Part shown: positions 50,324-64,000 of the stretch, piece after piece
Layout: every line of letters starts with the position of its first letter
Position numbering within the stretch: the stretch's first letter is position 1
Assembly (NCBI GenBank): GCA_023213395.1
Contig: CM041465.1
Coordinates: 128,843,741-128,907,740, forward strand
Source of the DNA: Cycas panzhihuaensis
Taxonomy: Eukaryota; Plantae; Cycadophyta
Direction: 5' to 3'
Length of the DNA stretch: 64,000 nucleotides
Program-made: the position numbers and the translations under genes
The notes under the pieces: generated by a model
What the model was told of the DNA's origin: nothing
Database searches by the model: none
What the model saw: the letters and a program-made list of their open reading frames with translations, nothing else

Positions 50324-52699
50324 GAACATACATGGCCCATTTGTTTCTTCTTTTTGGGCAAGTCAGGCACCATCTTTATAGACTATGATGATCTTGTTTG
50401 CTTATTCCCAACTCTTCCCTTACCTTTTCCTTAGTTGTTGTTATGAAGCCTATTGTAGTAATAGTTATGGAGGTGGTGTGTTATGGATTTATAGACGGGA
50501 CACCACTTTTATTTGTGTTGTGTTCTCTCCTAGTGTTTGGATTTCTTCTATTGTTGGGTCATGACTCTTTCTCTGACTTAGCTGGTTCCTTCCCTTTTTT
50601 TAATTTGAGCTTCAAGTGGGCAATCTCCTCTTTGAGAGCATCTATTTGTGGGCTCACTTCTTTTTTTTTTCCGATCACGCTACATGCCTTCTATGCTTTT
50701 AATTCACTAATTACATCATGTAACATTCTCAGCATATGTTCTTGGCTTGAGATTTATTTAGTATGCATTTGTTTCTTAAATTTCAACCCTAGTTTTTTTA
50801 CTTTTTCGAAGCCCTCAATTGGTTGTTATCTTAGGCAGTCTCATATTTTTGATGTTAACTTGCTCATAAAGTATCTTTTTATTAGATATTCTAGCACCTT
50901 TTCTCCATTTTCCATGTTGTTAGGAATAGTTGCCATTCTACTTGCAAAATCCAAGATTGATTCTCTTCGTCATTGCCTAGCCTTTTTGTGTGCTTGAATG
51001 ATTGGTTCATTATTATGAAACCCCAATCATTCTTATGAAACCCCTAAAACCTTTCTTGAAACCTTATTGCAGCCTGATTTGATGTCATATTTTCAGCACC
51101 TAACTCTTTATACCACACCAATGGGACCCTTCTGAGAGTACATGAGAATCTTCCCTTAATGCCATCCTTGTCTTTGATCTTCCTTACTGCTATCATGTTT
51201 TTTAATAAGCGTAGATGCTCTACTACATTTGTGGCACCATCGAATATAAGATGATTAAAGGTGTTGCCATTTTGATATATAACCAGTGCTAACTATTGGC
51301 ATTCGTGTGTTTGAGCCTTTGTTGTTCGCTAGAGGTGTATTGTTTATAGATGTACTTCCTCCAAGTAATGGTTGCAACTCCCTTTGGGTCCTAAACAAGG
51401 GATTGCTACTGGGTGTCTTCAAATATATCATACTCTATATGTTGGATATCTGCACAACTATGGGTGTCGCTATTAAAAGCATATTGTCGCTTGGTTCTAG
51501 TAGTGTATCTAAAAATTTTCTGGGGGTATAATTTTTCCAATGTTACTTAGGACCTTCTGCCATTTCCTCATGCTTGCTCATCCTCTGTGAGTTTCTTGTC
51601 TTTTCCTAATAACGGATTCCATTTACCATTGTTGGTGCCTTGTTGGGGTTGGATAGATAGGTCTCTTGCATTTTTGGAGTTGTTTTTGGTGCTAGTGTAC
51701 TGAGCCTACTTTCAATAGTGAAGGGTGTCCAAGTCTTGTCATTTTCTAATCCATTAGCAAATTTGTCCTTGGTCTCACTTAATGACAATGTGTTTCTTTT
51801 TGTCTTTCACAACTTATTAGCCCATCTTATGCCCTTTGTCGACTAGACTTCATTATCCCTCTATTTGTAGGTCGCTTTGATGGCATTAGGAGGCCCCTTA
51901 GTTGTTAAGAGTCTATTTAGAACTTGCCATTATGATAGTAGACAAGGTCCTTGATATTTTGGGAATGCATTCTCCCTTAACAAGACTTAGGTATTCTTCT
52001 TCAATTGAGAAATTTGGCAATGGAACAAATTCTGGTTGAAACTTAGCATATTAGCTATCCCAAATTTGTTGGTTTGTGATTCTGTTAGGTGTCCTTCTTC
52101 AATTTAGCCTCGGTTACTCCGTACTCATGTCCTCAATGCCCTTGTTGTAGATTAGTCTTCATACATATATAATAATTAATAATAGGAATTACAAGCAACA
52201 TACGCAACCCTGATATATCTTACAACATTTCCCCCATAACTTGTTATTACATTAAAAAACATTGAATACATGTCTTTGGTTGGTCTTTGCTTGAGTTGTA
52301 TTGACTTAGTTAGCTGTCACATCGACCTAGGTTGTGAAATGCCTTGATACAAAAGTGTGCAACTTTTAATACAAAACCTTTTACCTTGGTGACAATTAAG
52401 AACATTACAATTAATTACAACAATTAATGGTGCCTCTTGACATCTATGTACATTTATATAGTTGTTGACATCATTCTACTATTGTCCATTAACTAAAAGA
52501 TGATTAACTTTTAATCAATCATTGACTTTGTTGTGCGTTCCCTTCTATTCATTCTCGATTGTCGCATGCATTCCTTTCTATGACATTCCTAACTGTTGGT
52601 TGTGTTCTTGCATTTTGAGTGTTCCACGAAAGTACTTTTTTATAGCATTCTTGCATTTGAATTATTTTTTTTGCTCTTTGCACCGTTCCCTGTGTTCTT

Positions 52700-53700
52700 G
52701 TCTATACTAGTTGTTCCTTAGGTTGTTTTTGTGATTCCAAGTGTCCATGTGCCTAGTTTTTCCACATGCAAACCATTTGTAAATGAGAAGACCTCATGAA
52801 TTGCAACATTTTCCAATATGTCTTTTGTAAAAGGAATTGGGAATGGATTCCATTTTGTTGATTTGTTCAAGGCATGGTAATCAATGTAGATCCTTTGATT
52901 CTCGTTCTTCTTTAGAATAATAATGATGGGACTGATCCATTTGCTATTGTCTACCTCCTAAATTTAATTGTCTTGCAATGACTTATCCAATATGGTCTTT
53001 ACTTAGCGTTCATCCTATATAGTTACTAGTGCACTAGTTTAGTACCTTCATTTAATTCAATATGATATTTTCCCCATTTAGGAGCTATGCCTTTTAGGTA
53101 CTTATACAACCAAGAGAACCCATCCTTAAATTTAAAAAATAGGATTCTTGCTTGTGTTATTATGCTACTATCCTAATAATCGCCCATTGTGATATATTAG
53201 GGTTGTAGCTTTATCTTAATATTCACATTTAGGGTCTTTAACTTCTTGGCCCTTACTAATTTACCATCTAGTGCCACTTGATATGCAAGAGTGCCATTAG
53301 CTTCCTATTCGCCACACTCAACTATCGATTATTCTAAGAGAGGGGGATGACTTTATATTTTCGAAGCTCTCCTTGTTTGGAAGAGGTTCAAGTTTTACAC
53401 ATTGTCCATCTTTTGATACCTCATTAGATTGCTTTTGGGGGCTAAAACAATTCATGATACGTTTAACCTAAAGTATTGTCTGTTTCAAACTAAAGAACAT
53501 AACTTGGTTCATCTGATAAAAGTTTTGATATACAAATGTTGTTAAGAAACTTTGTTAAATCTTAGCTCACTCCATTTTATGAAGGAACTCTTGTTGTTCA
53601 TATCATCATTTCTCTTGACCTCCAAACATGGCTGCCTAAATGTACTTGAGTCTTCTTCAAGATAATTTGCTTGTATCATTTTCTTTCATAAGCATAAACA
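52700..53700 (-). pseudogene. Gypsy fragment M (PR-RT spacer and RT N-terminus), very degenerate
   Basis: Minus-strand remnants of WISPIIIILKK, RIYIDYHALNK and PFPIPFTK motifs. Confidence 0.6.
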
Positions 53701-53729
53701 TGGTAAAAAGGATTAGAGCTATTATGGAA

Positions 53730-56700
53730 TTAGTGTAATTCTAAATTATTTGGCTATTGGAATTGAGTTTGATGGGAATGGTTGGAATGATTGTTGGGCG
53801 ATAGAATAACTCTTAGGGAATGATTGCTAATCTACAACAGAATGGGAAAACTAGAAGGAAATGGGAATGGTTGGTCAGGAACGGGAATGATTAGCATGGA
53901 ACGTTGCCCAAAGATTGTACAACTATAATAGAGACAGTACAAACATCTATATAGACATGGAATCGACATAGTCATTAGTCATAATTAGTGTTTGTTACAA
54001 AAAGTCAATGGACATGTGTCAATGATTGTATCCTCTGATCAAATAAGTCATATATTTGGGTATAAATAGGTAATTCACACCTAGTTTCCGGTGTGAGAGA
54101 TGGGTTACGTCTTCATATGTCATATTCTTTAGTGTGAGTGCCGAATTACTTGACCACATGTCATAATCTTTGGTGTGAGAGCTGGCACATTCAAGCATAC
54201 CCAAAGGTGCAAACATCCTAAGCATTGTACCTAGCATTTGTTTAATGAATATATGAGTTAAGACAAAATCTCTATGTGATGTTGTGTATCAGGAATATGC
54301 TTGTATGACTATTTCCTATTGCAACATATGTGTATGAGGACTAACGTGCATGAAGACACCTAGACAAGAGTACTAAACATGAAACCATGAGGAAATCAGC
54401 ATCAAATTGAAGAAGTCACACAATAGTGGAACAGACAACCAGCCTTGGGATAACTGGTGTGCATATCTTCTACTAGCATTGGTTCCATTACCGGATTTCC
54501 TAATTGAAGAAACGAACTTGAGCCTGGTCAGTGGAGAGTGTACGACCAAAGAACTAAGGGCTCTAGTCATCATAATGCGGGTTCCAACCAAACCCTTGGT
54601 ACCTAGGGGGCCTTTCAATGCCACCAAAGTAACCTTTGAACAAAGCGATACTAGATTGGGTGATAAGATGGGCCAAGGAGTGTAACTTGCAAAAAATCAA
54701 AAGAGATGCACCATCATCAGGCAAGACTAGGGATACGTCCACCGATAGGTCAACAAGCGACCGGCCTTGTACATCCTTAACAATTGATAGTGGACTTGAT
54801 ACACTTGCATCAGAAGCAACTCCAACAACATAAGAGGTCCATTTATCATAACCCAATGAGGCACTATCAGTTATAAAGGAAAGCCTTAACTAGGAAGAAA
54901 CAAGTTTGGAGAGCATGAGTTACAATGAGGATAAGGTAGAGGCCGTAAGGTGCATTGGAAGAATTTTTTCACTAGGAAATTTTACGTTACACTGCCAGAG
55001 CTAGATGATAACACATTCTTGATAATGACACCCTTAATAGTGCAATTACTAGGAGTAGAAACAACCATATATTTGAAGGCATTGCATGCTAACCCATTGT
55101 TCAAAGTCAATGGAAAACTAGAGCTAACATCAAAAGCCAGTCTGTTGATAACAACTATTGTTAATATACTAGTTGAGAAGTTGCTAGGCACAAACACATT
55201 GTCCAAGATGTTGAATCCGATAATACTAATAGTATCAAAATGATAGTATGTTCAACCATCTCATATTTGATGGAATGAAAGATGTAGTAGAGCATTTATA
55301 CCTCTTCAAAAGTATGATAACAATATGTAAGATCAAGGATGAGGATGATATCAAGGGTTGTTTCTTGTGCGCTCTATAGGGGGTACTGCTTGTGTGGTAC
55401 CAAAATCTAGGTGTTGATACAATGCCATGGCAAGAGCTAACACAGGAATTTTAGGAGAGATTTGAAAAGCTTCATGGTAATTGGTCTATCATTGAAATAC
55501 TCCATGATATTAAACAAAGGTTGGGAGAATGCATGCTTGATTATGAAAGTCATATGGTCATCATCTTTGAAAACATGACCAATGTAGAGAAGGTTCAATA
55601 TTAATGCAAAAATACTCTATCAATGGGTTGTTATCAAAACTTTGAGATTTTCTATGTTAACATCTGATTGAGACAATCATTGAAGCAAAAAATATGGCCC
55701 TGAAATTCAAAACTTAGATGAATAGTGATGAGGCATCAACAACACAAGATAGCATGTTGCTGTCGCTGCTAGATGAAATCAGAGAACTTAGGGCAGAGAA
55801 GGCTTGCCACCCCATTGAGAAGACAAAAGAAAGACTTGAGGTGGAAGCACCAAGGCAATAAATTGCCAAATTGAAAGTTGACTTGGCTTGAGCTTCGAAG
55901 AAGCTAGTGGAATCCCATGAGGAGCCTAGATGAAGGAATACCCAAGGGCAGGAAACAAAAAGAGAATAGAAGCATTTGTAAGGCCTCTACACATAATGCC
56001 CATGAATTTTACTACAATGGTTGACATAATAACACTTGGGGTAGAAGCGAAGGTAGAGCGGCAAGACCCCTTAGACATATTCTACCAAGGTGACACCAAA
56101 TCCACCTAAGAAAAAGAAGATACGACGATGTATGTCTTATCTTGAATTTGGGCATTGGAGATCAGAATACCCATACAAGATAGTTGGCAACAATAGTACG
56201 CATGTTTGTAAGAAGTGTGGGCCTAGTTATCATGCCTTAGAGAATTGACCTCAGATTGCAAACTCTAGCAGTTTGATGTCGATTATATGAGACAGACCAA
56301 TTGCCTTGAAGCCCATCAATTTGCAAACAAGGAATGGACTCACAACCAGCACCAAAAAGGGGGATTTTGACCATCCTAAAATTGAGATAGACAAGTTTGT
56401 AATGACAATGGAAGCTTTGATGTATGCCCCAAACGAGAGGTAGAGATAAATTGCCTCGCCTTGCAAAAACTTGAAATTAAGAAAGTGTATAAAAGAAGAT
56501 TGTCCTTGAAGTGAAGCAAAGCCATGGTGATGCCAAAACCACATATAGTAGAATCAATAAACTTGTTTTTTGATATACCAATGGAAGACATCCTAAGAAT
56601 GCTATGGTTGCTAAACCACTTGGCAGAGCAATTATAGTTAACAGTACCTCTGACTCTAGTCATACAATGGGTGGAGACTACTGGAGTGCTATAAGTGTGA

Positions 56701-57110
56701 GACTCAAATGGAGCCATAGAAAATATGAACAAAATTCTACCACTATGATGAATACTTGAAGCTAACAATGACAATGTTAGGGGAAAGTTTCAATTCAATG
56801 ATTTTAGACAAGGGCTACACAATGAATGTAATATTGGTTCACACTTGGGGAAAATAGGATAGCCCACCAATGAATTCTATAATGTATTTACTGAAGCTTG
56901 CAAATGAATTGCAAGTTTGACCTCTAAGAGTGATCTCAAAATGAAAGTTAATGTCATGGGAATCAAGGTCTTAGCGGAATTCACAGTGATGAAACAATGG
57001 AGGGTATCACATCATATCTAACGCTGCTAGGCCAACCATTGCTCTATGATATGGATTATCTTTAGAGTTGGAAACACTAAATGTTCACATTATCACATGA
57101 TGGAAATGTG
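53730..57110 (+). mobile_element. Gypsy H (C/G lineage): LTR-like region, leader, gag and protease, 3'-truncated
   Basis: TATAAATA at ~54061; leader homologous to C and G; ATG MPPK at 54618; capsid remnant ~55250-55500; CKKCGPSYH knuckle ~56200; PR MILDKG ~56800; left boundary approximate. Confidence 0.7.
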
Positions 57111-57119
57111 AAGGCATAA

Positions 57120-58757
57120 TTTTGACGAAGCTTGGTATATTGACTCGCGCAGCACCAGGCAGATGACAAACAAGTTGGAATGGTTTAGGCACATGTGGGA
57201 GGTGAAAGGACAATATGTTACACTTGGTGATGACTCTATATTGTAGGTTGAAGGAATTGGTGAGATCCCCTAAATTACACTAAGTGGTGAGAATACTTAC
57301 ACTGGTGATGTTTTGTATATACCTAGATTAAAGGAGAGCCTGATTTCTGTTAGTCAAATGGAGAAAAGCAATATGATTGTTCATTTGAAACATGACAAAT
57401 GTATAATCAGAAACAATAATAAAAAGGTGGTAGCAACAACTACAAGAGAAGATGGCCTTTATAGTTTGAAAGGCAGATTTGTGAATTAGAACATTCATTG
57501 TTGATGCAACTCAAAAGAGCTAGCTATGGCATTAACTTATGGGACATTTGCACTACTCTTATTTTTAGTTGATGTTTAAATTGAATATGGTAGATGGCTT
57601 AGCAAAACTTGTAGTTAAAAATAATTTGTCTAAATCATGCATAATGGGCAAGTAGCACTGGGAGAAATTTGAAAAATGTAAAGCTTGGATAGGGAAGGAG
57701 AAATTAGGCTTAGTTCACTCTGACATTTATGAACCAATGTCAATAACATCACTTGGAGGTGCAAAATAGTATTTGACCTTCATTGATGATTTCGTGAAAA
57801 AAGTATGGATTTATCCCATAATGGAGAAGTCCCAAGCCTTTGATGTTTTCAAAGAATACAAAGCAGAGATTGAAAATAAAAGTGGGCATAGGTTGAAAGC
57901 CTTTACATTTGACAATGGGGTTGAAAGTCTTTAGATCTGATAATGGTGGTGAATATACCTCCAAAGAATTTCATTAGTGTTACAAGAAGCATAGGATCAA
58001 AAGGAAATTCACAATGGCATATAGACCATAGCAAAATGGAGTGGCAAAGAGGATGAAGAAAACTTTGGTAGAAAAGATCAAATCAATGATGAAGACCAAG
58101 AGTTTGCCAAAATCTTTTTTGCAGGAGCTGTGAGTACAACTTATTTGACGAACATGATTTCTATAAAGGATTTTTGGAATGTGATGCTTGAGGAGGCATG
58201 GATAGGTAGAAAGCCTGCACCGAGCCATCTTAAAATCTTTAGGAGCATAGCATACATGCACTTTCCAAAGGAGAAACAACAAAAGTTTCAAATACATTTT
58301 TTTCAAGGACAATGAGGTAGGCAAAACTTATCGGCTATATGAGTTGAAGACTAGAAAGGTTGACACAACTTATTATGCCATATTTGAAGAAGGTGGCATG
58401 GAAATAGATCCAGATTCATTATAGATTAGGTAGGACAAAGGAAAAACAAATTGAGGAACAACCAAAATCAAATTCTTCGAGAGAAATTATCATGTTGGAG
58501 ACATAACCAATTAGTACATTGACTAATAATGATGATGGCTAAGAGGAATTTGAGAATGCTCAGTTTGAAATCATTTATGCATCGAAGAAGTTGCCCAAAT
58601 GGTACTTGAAGACAATCGATGATGCACAATTACTTGAGATAGAAGGAAAGTGAAAGTCCAAGATGAGACCTACAGAAGGGGTTGAGTATGTTACTCATGA
58701 CACAAGTGCTCTATACAAAAGAGTCTTCTATTTTAGAGGAGGTAAATTAGGAGCAAA
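57120..58757 (+). pseudogene. Copia fragment N (PR, GAG-pre-integrase, integrase)
   Basis: AWYIDS, HSDIY, RSDNGGEYTS, NGVAKR, EEAWIGRKP, KLPKWY. Confidence 0.85.
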
Positions 58758-60887
58758 TGTAGCAAGTAGAGTTGGCTTGCTCACTATAGGACGACTAACC
58801 CCAGTTTAGAATATATAAGGCCATTGAAACCCCATCCAATAACAACTCCTAGGACTTGATCCATTATTAATTTATTTTCTTTGGGACTGTGTCCTTTGGG
58901 AATAGTTGGACTTTAATTCTACTTATTCTCAATGCATTTCTTCTACTTTAATTCATTTACTTTTATCAATTGTTAAATATGATCCTTTGGTTATATCACA
59001 TCCATTTTCTTTTGTTAATCTATGTAGGGGAAACTACATCTAGTGTCAGAGTAGTTTTGTAGAAGTCAATAGTAGTAGGTATTGATTGTTGCTTCCCCCA
59101 ACCTTCCCCCCTTGTGATTGTGTCACTATTACTAGACCACTGTGGCCTTTCTACCATACATAAGGACGTCGACTTGTAGGAATTGAGGTATCATTAGGTG
59201 AGATTAGGTCTATTGGGTTGAGTTGGAAGTTTTAAGGTGCATGAGAAGAGAAACTCCAAATTAACGTAGGCCTATCAAGGCAAGTGGAGTCACAATTTCA
59301 AAAAACAAGAAAAAAAAGAAAAAGACCCTACAGGATGCAAATGACGATGGTCGTTGGTAGTGATTTTGATTCTAATAAGAGACATAGAACTAGTGTTGGC
59401 ACTTGGGCTTGATTTTGATGAGGGGGTGCCAGCTAATTTCGCCATTCAACATTTGTTGCAACTGCTGCTCAACATTTGTCGTGGGCATCGTGGAACTGAG
59501 AAAAGGAAAGGGGAGAATCGTTGAGACAAAGGCTTGAGAAAAAAATTCAGATTAGCATATTCAAATGAACATTGCTTTTTAAAATTTTCATTTACCCTCT
59601 TTTCTTCTAAGTTGTTAATGACAATATTAATAGAGTTTTTTTTGTTCAAATTATTGTCTTGAATGGTGCCACAAAATTGAGTGGAACTTTGTGTGCTCCT
59701 TTTGGTTGTCTAATTTTGCCCTTAACCACTGTCAGTTTAACTTGGATTGTTGTCTTAGTACCTGTTTATCTAATGATTATTGAAAACATACACACCAATC
59801 CCCCCTTCCTTGTGGAGAGAGTTGTTTAACACGTCGTGGTGATCAATTATTGGATGACAAAAGGAGAGTGATATGTAATATTAGAGCTTCATTCAGGCAC
59901 ACACCCACCAGTGCAGAGTAAAAAAAGCGAGAAAGTGAATGGCAAAACCCCTCAATAACCATGGATGACCATGTTGATAGACTATAAGAGAGAATGGATA
60001 AAATGGATGCCTCCTTAAGGAGGATCTCAGATACCCTAGAATACAGCGAATTTAGTTCATTGGGACAAAAAAATCACTTCAAAGAACAATGTGACAATCA
60101 GGAGGAGTCAAAAATTTAGGAGCTACAATTACAAACCTTTTGCCATAATATTAAGTTGCTAACTTATTCACTAAATGGGGAGGTAGATACGAATGAGGGG
60201 CCAACCAAAATCAAGAAATCCTTTAAAATGCCCGACATCTATAGCATACCTGATTAGATCATACTCACCATTGAGCACTTATTTGGATCTATATATATCT
60301 CTGGGCTAAAGGGTGGATACAGAAAAATTTGAAGACTATTGTTTTCAACGAGTTCAAAGATACTTTTTGAGAACAAATGGAAGGGAAATGGAATGACTTG
60401 TACCATTTTTTATTAATCCATTATATCCAAGAAGACAAATTAGTGTAGGAATACATAGAAGAATTTGAAAAACTATAGACTAAGGTTGGTATCAAGTCTA
60501 GGGAAGTCCTCCTAGTCTACACTAGTAATTTATGCCTTGAGATATGCAAGGATATGCAATGGTTAAACCTGAACACTCTAAAGAGTGTTATTTGTCTAAC
60601 TTGTCAAATTGAATCTAGTTAGTTACCAAGTACCAAACAGGTCATAAGCTAGAAGAGATAAACATTTATACGATCAATTAGAAGGTTGGTCTAGTAGACT
60701 AGTAGCTCATCCACCAAACCTTAAACTTCCAACACATTTGTTAAGAGAGAGGATCTGAGAAGAGCAAGATAGAGAGCATAGAGACTCTGCTATGATTGCA
60801 ACAAGAAGTGGAAGAAGTGATACACGTGCATCTGCACCAAGAAGAAGCAAGTGCATGACGTCGATATGGAAAACGAATTGGAGGAAA
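58758..60887 (+). mobile_element. LTR element O: 5' LTR 58758-59038, degenerate PBS and Gypsy-type gag relic, inserted in N
   Basis: TGTAG...CTACA termini; TAGTGTCAGAGT PBS-like; V*EYIEEFEKL gag motif ~60445. Confidence 0.65.
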
Positions 60888-63800
60888 TGTTGGAATAATG
60901 CACATTTGACTAAATAAGGCACATTTGACTAAGTAATGAGCATTTTCCCAAGTCAAGCACAAAATAGTGGGTCCCTCACAAATATAAGTTTGTAGGATAT
61001 AAAGACGTCATCATGTTAGCATTGACATCTCTCTCTCACATCATGTGAGATCATTTTGTATCATTATTTTGTTCTATCAATACAATGGAAATATCCTTTA
61101 ATCTAGGTATTTTTCTATGGTGTTCATTTATTATTCTGATTAACATTATGTTAGAATTGCAAAATCCAACATGGTATCAGAGTAGGTTGAAGTTGCCTGT
61201 ATGAATGCTCACTTATTTCATCTCTAAACCCTAAGGTGTTGTGGAAGACCTTGTACTTGTGTGGTTGTGTAAGCTGTAAAGTGAAGATTGGCCGTGATTA
61301 TCTGTTTGTGTGCGCTCCTATCATTTCATTAAGAAATTTGTCTATGGTCTATAGTTGTGCCTCTATGCTTCTATGCATAAGTTCTTGGCCTGTGTTTTGC
61401 TTGATTCATGATTGTCAACAAGGTAAAGATGTCACAACTTTAACATGGCCTATTGATGTGCTATCTGCCCTGCATGTGATATCTGCCATTGCATGAGCCA
61501 TCAACCATGAAGATTATCATCCATTATGATTTTTTTGTGTGAAGATTGTACCTACAAGATCAATTTGTAAATGCCCCTGTTTGTCTTCACGCCAGTATTT
61601 TGAACTGCATTGGTTCGTTGCAACTGTACCATGAAGGTAATTGTGCCTCCTCACTAAGATTGTCATGGTCATTGCATATACCTTTCATTGTGCAAACCTT
61701 TGTTACATGGCTCCTTTATTACATTCTTCGTTGTCATCTTTGTGGAAAAGAACTATTATTACACCATCACCCCAAGTGAATTTGATTACCTTGGAGAATT
61801 CATTATCGCCACGATTTCTGAAGACCATCAATTTCATCAATCTCGCCAAGTTGCCCTATGCCATCAATTGTAGGTTCGCCATGAATAACCTTGGTTTCCT
61901 GAAGAGCCGTCTTCCAGGCAGATAAATCTATCTATTGTGGAATATTTATTATCAATCCACCATTGTCGAGAGCTCATCTTCTTCAATCTCTAGAATTTGG
62001 CAATAATGGCCTTGTTGCATCGTCAAGATCGCAACGCCTCTCTAATCATCATCTGTGGGAAGATCATCTAAAACTGTGTTAAATCGTGTTAAGGCATTGT
62101 CGATTCATTGCCAAAGTCACATTGACCAATTTGTGGGATCGATTTTTGAGTTACGGTTATTATTTTCTTCAAAGTTATGAATTAAATTTAATTAGATTGG
62201 AATCTATCTTGGAATTCGTGAATGTTAAGATTGATAGGGCAAACTTAAATTTTTTAGCAAATTCAAAATTGAATTTAACCAGACTTGATATATTTTTGAA
62301 GTTTGCGGAGCCCCCGTTTTATTCTAGCCCTCAATCATATGCAATCAACAAACAATCATAGCTAAAGGGTGAAATGGGCTCAAGTTCATCCTAGTTCAGT
62401 TTTTGTTCATAAGAAGGTTACTAGACTGCTTTTTGCAATATCTCTACACCTAGGAGTCCATTTTTTGAATTGTCTGATCTGTTGGAATCCTGATTCAGAG
62501 CACTTCATTATAAACTATGAATTGAGATAATTTGATGCCATCTTAATAGAGATATTTCAGTTCAAAGTTGAAGCATTATTTTGAGTCCTATGAAAAAATT
62601 GTAAGCAAGTTCTCTTTCTTTCTGTCAATTTGTTGATCCTAGGGAAGTCATGTTTTAACCCTAGAAGTATGTTGCAAAAGTATTTTTATTCAAAAGCAGT
62701 CATGTAAATAGTGTGAGTCCTTTCAAGGACAAGGAGGCAGGAGGAGGTCCTAAAAGGATAAAAGATGAAGGATGAAATATTAAGTATGATATGATTTGCT
62801 TGCTTATGTTCATGGTTAATCTTTGCACCTACTATAGTTGATCTTCATTAGCAAAGATGGGTTTGGAGAATGACGTAGTCATATTCATACAAGAGAAGAA
62901 TGGATATTACTTAAGTGATATACTCTTACTGATATCCAAGTGCAATGGAGCAAACTACTACTGTGGGACAATTAGAATGAAAAGTATATTCATGTGTAAA
63001 AGATTATGGGACATTGTTACTAATGGATATGATGTTCCTAATGATGAAGAATAAAGGGAAAATCTTAAGAAGAAAGTTTAAGAAGCAATTATCATTATTC
63101 TTGCTGCATTCGATAAAGTTGTTCTTCCTTCAACATATCATTTTGTTATTCTTATAGTTCATCATGCTAGTACTGCTAAAGAAGCTTGGAACATTTTGAA
63201 TGATGCATTTGAAAAAACTCTCGAAGAGATACAACAGGTTGTTGAAAAAGCAAAGGCAAGCAAAATTATTAATGATTATGATGCAGGAAATGAAGAATTT
63301 TATACTGATACATGTAAAAAGGATGAAGAAAATATTATTGATGTTGATGAAAAGGTATGCCAAGAACTTGATGAAGAAAGAATGGATATTGATAAAGTTA
63401 CTTCTGAATGTGGAAAAACTATTGAATGCATTGTTAAGAATGATAAACCTATTACTGAGCATGTTGAGAATGATAAAACTATTAAAGAGCCTACTAATGA
63501 TTATGATTAAGAAATTCAAGATAAAATTGTTGAAGAAACAATTCAAGATGTGGAAGATTTATTACTCATTTCTTCAGATAGTCCTGGTATTTCAAAGGAA
63601 ATTGAATATGAATGTGATAGTCCTATTGAAGATGAGTCTAGTGATTTATTTCTATTTGTTGATTCAAGTTCAAGTGAGATTCCTATTTTGAGTATTGATT
63701 CAAGTTTGAATTGTTTGAATGATGAGGGAGAATTACAAAATGATGAAAGTATACAAATTACTAATGGGCCTAATCCAATTGTAGCTGAATTCACAACAGT

Positions 63801-64000
63801 CGAAATAGAAGTTTGTGAAATAGATGTTCTGAGAGAGGTACTGCAAGAGCTACATCAAAGTCGGAAAGAATCTACCATGATCTGCTCCAATATTCAAAAC
63901 GCTATACAAGTAATGAAGAATCCAGTTTTGCAAAGAAGAATAAACCATATCAAGATCAAGCATCGTTACTACATTCTAAAGTGGACACAAGGAATAGAAT
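60888..64000 (+). mobile_element. Non-autonomous Copia-derived element P (3' end outside window)
   Basis: LTR 60888-61171 with TGTTGGA...TCCAACA termini; PBS TGGTATCAGAGT 61172-83; ~1.7-kb leader. Confidence 0.85.
62857..64000 (+). pseudogene. P fusion ORF: Copia Gag N-terminus, acidic tract, RNase H C-terminal remnant
   Basis: One frame with three TAA stops (63052, 63079, 63508); NGANY...LWDIVTNG, TAKEAWNIL, then KNPVLQRRINHIKIKHRY. Confidence 0.8.

Larger units (their letters stand above)
39282..52300 (-). mobile_element. Non-chromovirus Gypsy G (relative of C), highly degenerate, hosting Copia L
   Basis: RNase H/RT remnants 39282-40900, Gag-like spacer 40937-41450, PR (SIIVNGGSVMIVMP) 42394-42633, gag 42900-43145 and 50324-51886; right boundary approximate. 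Confidence 0.75.

Noticed and set aside
50398-50997. 199-aa hydrophobic ORF resembling an env or membrane protein
   Set aside because: Antisense shadow of the Lys/Glu-rich gag of G
54373-54685. ORFs MVALKGPL.../MALEGPL... shared with 31978-32193
   Set aside because: Similarity reflects the conserved leader; frames are not maintained across C, G and H
63130-63794. Overlapping ORFs in other frames and strands
   Set aside because: By-products of the low-complexity acidic ORF in frame 1

Overview
AT-rich (roughly one-third GC by eye) eukaryotic DNA that looks like a large-genome land plant (gymnosperm-like; inference only). It consists almost entirely of nested, decayed LTR retrotransposons. 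I found no host gene, RNA gene or CRISPR array. About 15 elements can be resolved from LTR pairs, PBS/PPT and target-site duplications (TSDs). A minus-strand non-chromovirus Gypsy (C, ~8.9-36.2 kb) hosts Copia A (which hosts Copia B), chromovirus D (which hosts non-coding element E, which hosts chromovirus J), Copia F and chromovirus I. To the right lie two head-to-tail LTR-PBS-leader units (K), Gypsy G hosting Copia L, Gypsy fragments M and H, Copia fragment N, and elements O and P. Most notable: (1) a ~400-nt multibranched RNA structure with GNRA/UUCG tetraloops just upstream of the gag ATG of Copia L (IRES/packaging-like candidate); (2) two extra capsid(Gag)-like domains between protease and RT in Gypsy C, also present in G; (3) a 141-bp target duplication around Copia F; (4) an in-frame Gag-N / acidic tract / dead RNase H fusion ORF in P; (5) in-frame internal deletions in all three chromoviruses; (6) a hairpin placing the PPT in its loop in four Copia elements.
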